DNA of 64,000 nucleotides, from the IMG/VR virus record IMGVR_UViG_3300027974_001530; one strand, given 5' to 3'. The position numbers and the translations under genes are program-made. Under the pieces are notes generated by a model. That model saw nothing but the letters and a program-made list of their open reading frames with translations, did no database searches and was not told the origin of the DNA. The stretch comes from a virus (lineage: Duplodnaviria > Caudoviricetes). Below, one piece after another: positions 16,180-25,506 of the stretch (its first letter is position 1; every line of letters starts with the position of its first letter).

Positions 16180-18114
16180 TTAGTCTTCGCTTTTACAACC
16201 TCTTTTCTTTTTAAGTTCCGGTGGGAAATTAACAATAAAGAAGTCTTCGGTTGGTATCATGTATTTAAATAACTCTTTAGGTAGTCTATCAACATCAATA
16301 CCAGAATCTAACACTGACACAAATGTCAGACAGTATAATGTTGATAATGATTTTGGTAAAGTTTTAAGTTCCTTATTCCCGGTAACGTTTAGGAATGATA
16401 ATACCCCACACTCACCAATAGATTCAGGTAAACTTTTTATTATGTTGTCAGCAACAAAGGTCTTTAAATTTTTAAATCTTGATATATTTGCTGGCACATC
16501 AAATGGTTTTACTTTATCTGATTTGTTTTCTAAGTTAATAAACTGAGTATCTTTAGGTAACATTTCGAATAAAGTTTCTAACCCAAACATCATAGCAAAT
16601 TTGGCAACAGAATCATTAGGGAAAGAAATAGGTAAATATGACAGGTCAAGATTTTTCTTAGCCAATTGTTTTGCATATGAATTAATAAGTGCCTCATGGT
16701 AAGGAGCCATCTCATCACTCATAATTAAGGAAACATCCGCTTCACTTAATTTGTCAATATCTGTTAACAACAACGATTTTCTTTTCTTTGAAAGGTAATA
16801 ATCCTTACTTTCTTTGTCACTTACTTTAAGCATTTCACCATTAATCTTACCATCCATACCAATGTATTTGTGTCTTAAGTATGGCGTAAAGTTTGCCCAT
16901 ATTTGATCACCATTACCAACAGTTGTTAAGTCAGGTGTTCTTAATTCTAACCATAATTCAACATTCTCTTCTGATCCTAATTCCTTTATCGCATCGTCTG
17001 TTGTTAAATTTTTTCTTTCAAAAGTCATCATCATACTTTGTTGTTCACTTGAGTATGGATTAGGTTTGAAGTATTTTTCTTTTCCGTTTAGGTTTGGTAT
17101 TTTTTGTACAATCTCACTAAAAGGCATAATCGTAGATCCTGCGAATCTACCTGAGTTAGTTCCATCCGCTAATCTAAATTGTGTGTTATTTCTCCAATCG
17201 TTATCAACTAAGATTACCACCGCATAATTAACATCACTTTCTTTTAAATTTTTATTAATTACATAGTATAAAGTTAAATTCTGTCTTAATCTATAATTGT
17301 AATAATAGTTTGAGGATCCCTCCCAAGATGTACACCATCTTCTATCAGGAGCGAATTTTTTTCTAATATTAATACACTTATGTTTTTGATCAGGTGCAAA
17401 TATTAATATAGTGTCATCCTCATATGTGACATCAACATCATTAACATCAACTTCAGGCATTTTATATTCATCCTGCATAGGTAAAACGTCAACAACATGT
17501 TCAAACTCAATAAAAGTCATCATACCCGCCGGTTTAGTATTAATAGGGACCAAAGGATAGTTTGCAATATATCTATCAACCCTATTAACGACTTGTTCTA
17601 TATTTTCTTGGGGATTTTCTTTAACCAACTTTTCAGTTAACTTTTCTTTCATAAAATTTTCAAAGTCTCTTCTTATTAAAGCAGAAAGTTCTATGGATGT
17701 CATAGTTAAAATGTCTTTTCTGAACTTCTTAGAATCCAAAGCTTTCATTTCAAAAAATTTCTTAATGTTTAACTTTGTTAATCTTTTATCTGCTCCGGCA
17801 TTTTTTTCCATGAAAGTCTTATAAATGTCATCAAAAGATTTTTTAGACTTTTGACTCTCAGACTTGGAGTTTACAACATCTTTTAGTTTTTGATAGTCAT
17901 AAGTAAAGATATCTCTCTCATTACCCTGTAAAGTACCTTTAAATCTTTCAAAATCAGATATTGTTTGTTTAATAACCTCAATCGAATCTTCTGTTTGGCC
18001 AGAAAATTTTCCAACAAGTTTTTTAACGGTAGATTCTGGATATTCAAGTAATAACCTATTTTTTTTATTCGTATTTTCTTTAACTATATTTGATAATAAT
18101 TTAACAAGTTCCAT
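16180..18114 (-). CDS. Putative head-associated protein with a central RWCTS domain and C-terminal leucine-rich repeats
   Basis: IVKE/LLLE leader; RWCTSW...YYYNY; LRRs NISRFKNLKTF, SLPESIGEC and LKTLPKSLSTL; TATTTAT at 18136-18130. Confidence 0.7.
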   Translation of the reverse strand: MELVKLLSNIVKENTNKKNRLLLEYPESTVKKLVGKFSGQTEDSIEVIKQTISDFERFKGTLQGNERDIFTYDYQKLKDVVNSKSESQKSKKSFDDIYKTFMEKNAGADKRLTKLNIKKFFEMKALDSKKFRKDILTMTSIELSALIRRDFENFMKEKLTEKLVKENPQENIEQVVNRVDRYIANYPLVPINTKPAGMMTFIEFEHVVDVLPMQDEYKMPEVDVNDVDVTYEDDTILIFAPDQKHKCINIRKKFAPDRRWCTSWEGSSNYYYNYRLRQNLTLYYVINKNLKESDVNYAVVILVDNDWRNNTQFRLADGTNSGRFAGSTIMPFSEIVQKIPNLNGKEKYFKPNPYSSEQQSMMMTFERKNLTTDDAIKELGSEENVELWLELRTPDLTTVGNGDQIWANFTPYLRHKYIGMDGKINGEMLKVSDKESKDYYLSKKRKSLLLTDIDKLSEADVSLIMSDEMAPYHEALINSYAKQLAKKNLDLSYLPISFPNDSVAKFAMMFGLETLFEMLPKDTQFINLENKSDKVKPFDVPANISRFKNLKTFVADNIIKSLPESIGECGVLSFLNVTGNKELKTLPKSLSTLYCLTFVSVLDSGIDVDRLPKELFKYMIPTEDFFIVNFPPELKKKRGCKSED

Positions 18115-18157
18115 GATATTTTTTTATTAATAAATATTAGAATTATGAAAAAAAATC

Positions 18158-18997
18158 TTAATAGTTCATTATTAATATCTCTTCTCCCATATTTTGTTTT
18201 TTACCTTTTTTTGCTGCCGCGGCCTTTGCAAACTCCTTTGATTCCCATCTGTATTCATTTTTAGGGAACCATTCGGATAATAAAGGGAAATCATAATACG
18301 ATAAAGAAAACTTACCTTCAATGTTTTTCAACGTGTTTGCCAATCTTTCATGGTCTTGTCTATCAAAATCATGGTTAGAATAATAGTTTTCTGTTTTCCA
18401 ATATGGTGGATCCAAATAAATGTATGTGGATGGTGAGTCATATTTTTTAATTACATCCGCAAAGTCCATATTTTCCACTTTTGTGATCTTAATAAAATGA
18501 TCAATCCAATCAGGCTTTGATAGTTTATCTCTAAACGTCAAATACTTTGACTTGTACTTACCTTTAAGATCAATAAAAGAACTTGTTTCAGGTTTTGATC
18601 CACTAAATACTTGAGTTAAAACGTAAACATATTTTGCTGCAACTTCATAATCGCCAGGTTTTACGCTGAAACCTTCATTAAATATTTCAGCTTGGAACCT
18701 GGTAAATTGTTCTTTATATAATGGTGGAGTTGTCACCTCACCAAATTTTTGACAATCAATTGAGTTTATTGCCTTCAATAACTCCGTTGGGTTTTGGATA
18801 CACTTAAATAAGTTGTAGTTTAATGGGTTAAAGTCGTTGTAAACAACTTTCTTTAGGTTGGGGAACTCTTTTAAGTCCATATTATAAAAACACCAAAACA
18901 TTCCTCCAAACGTCTCAACATACGTTTCCATATTCTTATCATAGAAAGGGACGATCCACTTTCCTATTTTACTTTTTCCTCCGATATAACTTAACAT
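18158..18997 (-). CDS. Dam-like (D12 class) DNA adenine methyltransferase (start revised to MLSYIG)
   Basis: YIGGKS, YVETFGG, VVYND and YLDPPY motifs. Confidence 0.92.
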   Translation of the reverse strand: MLSYIGGKSKIGKWIVPFYDKNMETYVETFGGMFWCFYNMDLKEFPNLKKVVYNDFNPLNYNLFKCIQNPTELLKAINSIDCQKFGEVTTPPLYKEQFTRFQAEIFNEGFSVKPGDYEVAAKYVYVLTQVFSGSKPETSSFIDLKGKYKSKYLTFRDKLSKPDWIDHFIKITKVENMDFADVIKKYDSPSTYIYLDPPYWKTENYYSNHDFDRQDHERLANTLKNIEGKFSLSYYDFPLLSEWFPKNEYRWESKEFAKAAAAKKGKKQNMGEEILIMNY

Positions 18998-19054
18998 ATT
19001 CAAAAAATAATAAACTTATAGTAATTAATCAACAAGAAAAAAATATAAAAAAAC

Positions 19055-19086
19055 TTTGGTGGATAAATATAAAACAACTATATTTG
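19055..19086 (+). promoter_or_regulatory. Bacteroidota housekeeping promoter
   Basis: TTTG (19055-19058), 20-nt spacer, TATATTTG (19079-19086). Confidence 0.75.
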
Positions 19087-19116
19087 TATTGTGGATGTGG
19101 TTAACCACTAAACAAA

Positions 19117-19215
19117 ATGGATGATTTGGTACACCATTTAAAAAACGCAAGTCGTGATGTCATCTTACGGTTATTAGAGACAGGTCAAAATACCTTCCTA
19201 ACAGGAAAAATATAA
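19117..19215 (+). CDS. Possible 32-aa microprotein (or sRNA) in a stand-alone early transcription unit
   Basis: MDDLVHHLKNASRDVILRLLETGQNTFLTGKI*, lying between a host promoter and a terminator. Confidence 0.5.
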   Translation: MDDLVHHLKNASRDVILRLLETGQNTFLTGKI

Positions 19216-19242
19216 AGAGGGGACTTTTGGTCCCCTTTTTTT
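19216..19242 (+). terminator. Intrinsic terminator
   Basis: GGGGAC/GTCCCC stem followed by T7. Confidence 0.85.
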
Positions 19243-19263
19243 ATTTCATTATATTTATTAATA

Positions 19264-19770
19264 ATGAAAACATTAAATGTTCTTAAAAATTTAATTTTAG
19301 AAAATAGAGGTAAGTACCATAGGTTATTTACTTCTCCTGAAGGAGTTAAATTTATTTCAACAACTCATCAAACAGAAGATAGAAAGAGTAATTTAAGTTA
19401 TGATGAAATAAAAGACATAATTCTAACTGCGATTAGTTCCAATATTAATATACATACACGAGTTGGTGTCCCTAACCTTATGATTTCAAAATTAATAAGA
19501 GACAAATATAGAAAAATACTTAATGAATTTTCATTAAACCCGGAAGAGAAAAAAATAAAATTTGTACACAAAAGAAATAATAATGAAGATGAGGAGGTTT
19601 TTGACTACATTGAATTTATCCTTGCTCGTGGCGAAGATAATACTTTTTTAGTGGTGTCAAGTACTTTTTCCGATAATGGTAATTATTTAAAACTTTACGG
19701 TAGAGATGTTGTCCAAGCAAGAAAAGTTATAATAGAAAAGTATTTTCATTTAAGAACCGTGTTATTATAA
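19264..19770 (+). CDS. Hypothetical protein, putatively head-associated
   Basis: LILE leader; TATTTAT at 19252-19258. Confidence 0.75.
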   Translation: MKTLNVLKNLILENRGKYHRLFTSPEGVKFISTTHQTEDRKSNLSYDEIKDIILTAISSNINIHTRVGVPNLMISKLIRDKYRKILNEFSLNPEEKKIKFVHKRNNNEDEEVFDYIEFILARGEDNTFLVVSSTFSDNGNYLKLYGRDVVQARKVIIEKYFHLRTVLL

Positions 19771-19777
19771 TTAATTT

Positions 19778-19936
19778 ATGGAAAAGAAAGAAGCAACTAA
19801 AGTCACAGGATGTCGTAAATGTAATAAAGGACAAGAAAATTTACAAATGTTTTTAGTAATCTCAGGTGGATTATTATTTTCTTTGGCAATTTACGGAGCC
19901 GTTAGATTGGTTCAAGACATCGTATCTTGGTTTTAA
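19778..19936 (+). CDS. 52-aa CxxC single-pass membrane protein (not in the ORF track)
   Basis: MEKKEATKVTGCRKCNKGQENLQMFLVISGGLLFSLAIYGAVRLVQDIVSWF*. Confidence 0.75.
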   Translation: MEKKEATKVTGCRKCNKGQENLQMFLVISGGLLFSLAIYGAVRLVQDIVSWF

Positions 19937-20856
19937 TCCCTATCATATTTCAAATATGGTCTTATTAGCAGATCTCCTATAACAGTCTGTAATCTAAATC
20001 CTTTACTCTTAATTCTCAATGGTTTAGATGTATCCATATGTTTTGGGAAATTGACCGATATGTCCCCATCAGGGTGTGGAACTATAAAATTATCCTTGTT
20101 AATCTCTTCTAAATTAAAAAACTTATTATAAATTAAATGTTCCCCAAATTTTTCAAATCCACTCTCATTTGTTAAACTAATTTTTAATAATAAATCCCCG
20201 TATATTCCATTACCATAATCGCCCATATCATTTAGTCTCAACATTTGTCCATCATCAATACCATGTGGTACTTTAACTTCAACTGACTTTACCTCATCTT
20301 TTGTACCAGATCCATGACAAGCATAACAAGCATTCGTTATAATTGTTCCAAATCCTCGACAAGAGTCACATGGAGATTGTACCATTTGTACGAACATTCC
20401 ACTCCCCATTTGTTTCCAAGTAATCCCTTCTCCTTTACATGTTTCACAAACTTTTTTATCACCACCAGTACCATTACAAGGATCACACTTTTCTTTTCTT
20501 TTATAATTTAACGAAACTTTTTCATTAGTGAAACTTTTTAAAACATCCACACTTAAGTTGATTACTCTTGATGGTTTTCTTTGTTGTCTAAATTGATTAT
20601 TAAACATCTCATACATATCCGAAAATTGGTCGAACTTTGAATTGCCGAATGGGTTCTTTCTTTGGATGTCATATTCTCTACGTTTATTGTCATCCCCAAT
20701 CACATCATAAGCACCAGATATTTTCTTAAACAATTCTTCATCCCCGCCTTTATCTGGGTGGTTTTCCTTTGCTAAACTTCTATAAGCCTTCTTAATTTCG
20801 TCTTGTGTTGCCGTCTCCTCAACGCCTAATATGTTATAATAATTTTCAGAGTTCAT
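19933..20856 (-). CDS. dnaJ: DnaJ co-chaperone
   Basis: J-domain with HPD, four CxxCxGxG repeats, and a C-terminal domain (VPHGIDDG, GDLLL). Confidence 0.93.
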   Translation of the reverse strand: MNSENYYNILGVEETATQDEIKKAYRSLAKENHPDKGGDEELFKKISGAYDVIGDDNKRREYDIQRKNPFGNSKFDQFSDMYEMFNNQFRQQRKPSRVINLSVDVLKSFTNEKVSLNYKRKEKCDPCNGTGGDKKVCETCKGEGITWKQMGSGMFVQMVQSPCDSCRGFGTIITNACYACHGSGTKDEVKSVEVKVPHGIDDGQMLRLNDMGDYGNGIYGDLLLKISLTNESGFEKFGEHLIYNKFFNLEEINKDNFIVPHPDGDISVNFPKHMDTSKPLRIKSKGFRLQTVIGDLLIRPYLKYDRD

Positions 20857-20900
20857 TTATTAATTTTTTGTTGTATTATTTGTAATATAGGATAAAAAAT

Positions 20901-21539
20901 ATGAAATATCTAATAGTCTTATTTAAAAATAAGAAAAGAAAAAAGATTTTAAATAAATTTAAAACATTAGAGAGGGCAAACAAATATTTTAACGATACCC
21001 TTAAAACAAGTAACAATGTTTTATTTTCAAAATCATTCGAGAATGGTAAACCTTGTAAGTATGAGATTGGTTTTTTAGAATCAGGTTCAACAGACTTTAA
21101 TTTATATTTTGTTAAAGACGAACTAGGAAGACAAATAAAAGTGGATATTGATGATCCTGATTACCGTCTTACTAAGATTGTTGATTATAATATTGAAGAG
21201 TTACTATATGATGTTGATGAAAAGAATAAAATATCTTTCGGTGGTTTTATTAAAAAGTATCTAACAAGGTCAGGAATAAAACTAATATCTAAACTTAATA
21301 ATAAAGTTGCAATACAAAATGATGATAAGGTAAATTTGGTTTCTTTAAAATCTATTGATGAATGCTCAAGATTTATAGATGTTCTTGAGGATTATTTAAT
21401 AAAAAATGGTAGGTTGGATTGTATCTTGGTTAAGGATACCTCTAAACAACAAAAAAAATACCTTTATACTATTTTAGAGTCTAAAGGTATTGATAAATCA
21501 TTTCTTTATAGAAGGTTTACTACGTTTACTAGGGAATAG
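20901..21539 (+). CDS. Hypothetical protein
   Basis: 212-aa ORF with phage-like composition. Confidence 0.8.
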   Translation: MKYLIVLFKNKKRKKILNKFKTLERANKYFNDTLKTSNNVLFSKSFENGKPCKYEIGFLESGSTDFNLYFVKDELGRQIKVDIDDPDYRLTKIVDYNIEELLYDVDEKNKISFGGFIKKYLTRSGIKLISKLNNKVAIQNDDKVNLVSLKSIDECSRFIDVLEDYLIKNGRLDCILVKDTSKQQKKYLYTILESKGIDKSFLYRRFTTFTRE

Positions 21540-21827
21540 TCTTTCCCAAAAACTTATTTTTTTCTTTTCAATAACTTCTTCTTCAATAACTTCTTCCTCG
21601 TAAATTTTATTATTGATAAAAACAATTTCTGTCCCTGAAATTTCAACTTTAAATCTTAATCTATTACTATCAACTTTTCTAAAATTTTTTTGTACTTCTT
21701 TAAAATCTTCATTGTCTAATTCATACACCAAAATTGTTTTTCCTGAAGGAAAAATATTATTAGCGGCATCAGTAACAATAACTAATTTTTCTAAGATATC
21801 ATTAATATTTTTTTCAGTTTCTCCCAT
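21498..21827 (-). CDS. Hypothetical protein
   Basis: 109-aa ORF ending KKISFWERLF. Confidence 0.7.
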   Translation of the reverse strand: MGETEKNINDILEKLVIVTDAANNIFPSGKTILVYELDNEDFKEVQKNFRKVDSNRLRFKVEISGTEIVFINNKIYEEEVIEEEVIEKKKISFWERLFPSKRSKPSIKK

Positions 21828-21991
21828 AAAGTAAGTTTCTTAGGTTTTTTTGGTAATATATCCTCTTTTTTTAATTCTTTGATCTTATTGATAAAGTTAT
21901 TTTTTTCAAAATTTAAATCTTTAGAGTCTCTTTCTATTTCATTTTTTAGCCAATCAATCTCAGCTTCCAATTTGCTTTTCTTCTTCATCAT
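21791..21991 (-). CDS. Hypothetical protein
   Basis: 66-aa ORF ending KLTLWEKLKK, similar to the tail of its neighbour. Confidence 0.65.
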   Translation of the reverse strand: MMKKKSKLEAEIDWLKNEIERDSKDLNFEKNNFINKIKELKKEDILPKKPKKLTLWEKLKKILMIS

Positions 21992-22376
21992 CTTCTAACT
22001 CAATTTTAGGTGATTTTATTTCAAATTTCAATCCTTGTAGGTCATTTAATTTTTGTTTTTCAAAAATATGTTTTAGTTCGTCTATCTTTTGTTGAAATAA
22101 TTTATCTTTGTCTTCTCTCTCCTTATTGTAAGCAATTATATTTTTTATATTAGTGATCTGATTATCAATTAATTGTTCATTAAATTCACTAACAAAAGAA
22201 AACAACCTTACGTTAGGGGTTTGGGTTTTACTTTCTAGTACGCTTTTTTCATCGACAAATTTTTTAGGTAATTTCCAAGTGTCTGGAAATTCTATGTCAA
22301 ATGATAGATAATTTTTTAATTTTCTTACCGATTGTAAGTACGGAAATAAGATATTAAATTCTTGGAACATGCTCAT
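21960..22376 (-). CDS. Hypothetical protein
   Basis: 138-aa ORF overlapping both neighbours. Confidence 0.75.
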   Translation of the reverse strand: MSMFQEFNILFPYLQSVRKLKNYLSFDIEFPDTWKLPKKFVDEKSVLESKTQTPNVRLFSFVSEFNEQLIDNQITNIKNIIAYNKEREDKDKLFQQKIDELKHIFEKQKLNDLQGLKFEIKSPKIELEDDEEEKQIGS

Positions 22377-22567
22377 TCGTTTGTTTGTATTAAAAATGTT
22401 ATTATATAAGTTAAAGATAAACCATACAAAAATATTTCCCTACCACTTAAATCAATTGGTTTAGGATTACTATGTAGTAGGGAAATAACAAATTTTAGAA
22501 AAATTCTAAATATTGATAATATTGAAAATATAAATACAAAAAGATATAATGTATTAATGTTTGTCAT
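22373..22567 (-). CDS. Small two-TM membrane protein
   Basis: Two hydrophobic stretches. Confidence 0.65.
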   Translation of the reverse strand: MTNINTLYLFVFIFSILSIFRIFLKFVISLLHSNPKPIDLSGREIFLYGLSLTYIITFLIQTNE

Positions 22568-22568
22568 A

Positions 22569-22739
22569 TTATACTTTTTTACTTTCTAAAATTTCACCTC
22601 TTAGTTGTTGCATTAAAGCCTTTAACTCCTGAGCCGATTTTCTTGCTCTTGTTCCCGCACTTTTATTACCCTCAAAAAATTTTGTGGTATCTACGCTAAG
22701 TTGTTCTGTTAAAACTTTGATTTTTTCAAGTGTTTCCAT
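22569..22739 (-). CDS. Histone H1-like (Hc1 / Bacteroidota histone H1 family) protein, 56 aa (not in the ORF track)
   Basis: METLEKIKVLTEQLSVDTTKFFEGNKSAGTRARKSAQELKALMQQLRGEILESKKV*, with the GNK.AGTRARK signature. Confidence 0.8.
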   Translation of the reverse strand: METLEKIKVLTEQLSVDTTKFFEGNKSAGTRARKSAQELKALMQQLRGEILESKKV

Positions 22740-22799
22740 TTTTTATTATTATATGTTTATTTAATATTAAAAATATCAATTTTAAGATCTTAGTAAATA

Positions 22800-23273
22800 T
22801 TAAACAGTTAAATTGTTATCTAATGATTTGTATATATTTAACATTATGTCAAGATCTGATTGTGTGAAAGTTTTTTCTATGTTGAATATGTCATCAAAAA
22901 ACTCCCCTATTGATTCTTTAATTTTTTTATCGTTTTGATTATAAAAGATCTCTATAAAAAATAATACAAAGTATTCGTAGTGTTTTCCCTCGTTGGTAAA
23001 AAATATACCTTCTTTACCAAAATTATCTATTGTTTTATTCCAACACCATTTAAAATGATTGACTATATCTTCTTCCGACATTTTTATTTTGGTTTCAGAA
23101 TTATCTTCCTCCCCTAAAAATGTTTTTTTAATTAAATCATATAATGAATATGAAAAATCATAATACAATTCTAATTTTTCCGGTAAGATATTGTTAATTT
23201 TAAACCAAGTATCAATATCTTCTTTATTGATAGGTTTAGAGATATAGTTAAAAAAATTATCCATAGAGTTCAT
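22800..23273 (-). CDS. Hypothetical protein
   Basis: 157-aa ORF. Confidence 0.8.
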   Translation of the reverse strand: MNSMDNFFNYISKPINKEDIDTWFKINNILPEKLELYYDFSYSLYDLIKKTFLGEEDNSETKIKMSEEDIVNHFKWCWNKTIDNFGKEGIFFTNEGKHYEYFVLFFIEIFYNQNDKKIKESIGEFFDDIFNIEKTFTQSDLDIMLNIYKSLDNNLTV

Positions 23274-23310
23274 CTATGGATAATTATAGGTTATTATATT
23301 TTTATGTAAA

Positions 23311-24753
23311 TTATTGTGTTTTTCTACCGTATGAAATTAAATTTCCTATTCTTTCTAAATCCTCGTTAATTTTTTTAGACTTTTTACTACTTCTTTTTTC
23401 CCCACTTTCAACTTTATTTAAAAGATCAGAAGCATCATCACTTCCTGGTCTATCTTTAACAATAGGTTGTGGAGATTTATTATAAGCCTTTTTCTTAATT
23501 TGACCTAACAAATTCTTTTCTCTAATTTCATTTCTTCTTTTGTTTGTTGGTGTTTCTACCGCATTTGCCCATTTAGGGTTGTTTCCTGTTCTTGACGATC
23601 CAAGAACATTATCTTCAACCCACTCTTTATTAGGTGCGAATTCATCGTATTCAATATTTTCTAATGCTGCTGCAGTAAAGTTTTCAACGTATTCTGCAAC
23701 ACTATCTGAAGGAACATACGCCATCTTATCCATTTCTTCTATCTCTCCATTACCCATTGGGAAATGTTTAGGTTCCATAGTAAATGACTCTTTAGATCCA
23801 TCTTTCATGTAATCTTTCATTTTTTTAGAAACTTCTTTGTAGTAATCTTGATTTTCTTTTCCTGATTTATCAAAAGATCTTTCATACTCAGAATATCCTC
23901 TAGTTTTTTTAGATGGTTTTAATTTCTCTTCGGCCAAAGTCTCAATTAAATTAACAACTTGTTCTTCACTTAATCTTACGGTTCTACCTAACTTATCGTT
24001 GAATATTTCGTACTCATACATTTTTGTTCTGAAGGTTTTTTCTCCGTCATTCCAAAAATCAGATGTTTTTTTCGCATTATCAAACATGTCTTCTTCAAGT
24101 TTTGGTTCGTACTGGAAGTCGATACCTTGAGAAAAACCTTCTCCTCCACACCATTCACATTCAGTGTCATTAAATTCGTCGTATCCTGTTCCATTACAAT
24201 GTGAACACTCCTCTTCATGATCACCATAATAAGGGTTAAACATACTTAAATCTTTATAATCATCACCTTTAAATTCTAAAAGATCAGACTCTTTCATTCC
24301 ACATTCAGAACATTCTCCCTCCATTTTCAATCCACCACACTCACAAACATCACTTTCATTAACCTCAAATTCGTAGATTGTTTCTTCTTCCATTGGCCAT
24401 TTACCTCCACATTCCATACATTCTCCACGACCTTCTTTTGTTTCTTTTTTGTTTCTTAACATTTTGAAGTCCTCTCTATCGATTCTACCATTTTTGTTTT
24501 TGTCTATATTTCTTTGTTTACCATATAGTTTTTCGCTAAGGTCTTTTTCCATACTTTCTTTTGTTTCTTTTTTGTTTCTTAACATTTTAAAATCTTCACT
24601 ATCAATTCTACCGTTTTTGTTTTTGTCTATATTTCTTTGTTTACCATATAGTCTTTCATTAAGATCTTCTTCCACATAATCAAAAGAATTTCCGGCTTTA
24701 TTGAATTTCATTGTATCGTATTTTTCGGATATTTTTCCTCTATAGTTTTTCAT
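23311..24753 (-). CDS. Acidic/basic putative prohead core-like protein with duplicated EF-hand-like loops and Cys clusters (start revised to MKNYRG)
   Basis: Two copies of LYGKQRNIDKNKNGRIDxEDFKMLR; CxxCGG clusters; CSHCNGTG/CEWCGGEG; TATTTAT at 24773-24767. Confidence 0.6.
   Translation of the reverse strand: MKNYRGKISEKYDTMKFNKAGNSFDYVEEDLNERLYGKQRNIDKNKNGRIDSEDFKMLRNKKETKESMEKDLSEKLYGKQRNIDKNKNGRIDREDFKMLRNKKETKEGRGECMECGGKWPMEEETIYEFEVNESDVCECGGLKMEGECSECGMKESDLLEFKGDDYKDLSMFNPYYGDHEEECSHCNGTGYDEFNDTECEWCGGEGFSQGIDFQYEPKLEEDMFDNAKKTSDFWNDGEKTFRTKMYEYEIFNDKLGRTVRLSEEQVVNLIETLAEEKLKPSKKTRGYSEYERSFDKSGKENQDYYKEVSKKMKDYMKDGSKESFTMEPKHFPMGNGEIEEMDKMAYVPSDSVAEYVENFTAAALENIEYDEFAPNKEWVEDNVLGSSRTGNNPKWANAVETPTNKRRNEIREKNLLGQIKKKAYNKSPQPIVKDRPGSDDASDLLNKVESGEKRSSKKSKKINEDLERIGNLISYGRKTQ
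24432..24652. repeat. Intragenic tandem duplication, period 123 bp (41 aa)
   Basis: ccatatagt occurs at 24521 and 24644, with near-identical flanks. Confidence 0.9.
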
Positions 24754-24778
24754 TTCTTTTTTTATTATAAATATATGA

Positions 24779-25504
24779 TTATCCAAGTTTATTCATTTCA
24801 CTTAAGATAATATCTTTAATAATATCCTCATGAATTTCATACTTATCACTTATTCTTTTTATTACATTTTCTACCGATTGATTCTCAAAAATGTTAAGAG
24901 CTTTGATATCACCTTGGTTACAATATGGGAAACGTTTACATTTTTTTTTAACCTGAACAAATTTTCCTCCAGGTAATTGTGTTTTGGCTCTACCTCTCCA
25001 ATTTTTCTTACTCATAGATTTAGCCCAAGCTCCTGTTGTTTCATATGATCCGGAAGATGAAGATGAGGTTGCCTCAGTTGCCTCAATTTTTTTCGGTTCT
25101 TCACCTGAAAATAAAGGTTCAAAGGATCCTGATCCTCCTGTTGCGGTCGCCTCTTTGGTTTCTGAATTATTTTTTTTAGTAGTAACTACCATTTCTAAAA
25201 AATCCTTTAATTCTTCAGGATCTTTTAAATATTTTTTCATTTCCTGTTTTATCTTGTTTTTTGATAACTTTTTGTTTTTAATAAGTTTGTACATTTCAAT
25301 TATATCCTTCTTATCTTTTAAAAAATCCATATAATGATTTTTTGTATTTTCTCCGTTATCTTCTTCTGTTTGTATTGTTGATAATAAATCGTTTTTTGAT
25401 TGGATGGCAGAGGTAGGATCTAATTGACCTCCACCCTCATAACCTCTAGCATTTGCAATTACTTCGGAAAAACTTTTTTGTATTGCCCCTTTCCAATCTT
25501 CCAT
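24779..25504 (-). CDS. Hypothetical protein, putatively head-associated
   Basis: KEATATGGSGS and EATEATSSSSSGSY low-complexity motifs. Confidence 0.7.
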   Translation of the reverse strand: MEDWKGAIQKSFSEVIANARGYEGGGQLDPTSAIQSKNDLLSTIQTEEDNGENTKNHYMDFLKDKKDIIEMYKLIKNKKLSKNKIKQEMKKYLKDPEELKDFLEMVVTTKKNNSETKEATATGGSGSFEPLFSGEEPKKIEATEATSSSSSGSYETTGAWAKSMSKKNWRGRAKTQLPGGKFVQVKKKCKRFPYCNQGDIKALNIFENQSVENVIKRISDKYEIHEDIIKDIILSEMNKLG

Positions 25505-25506
25505 TT

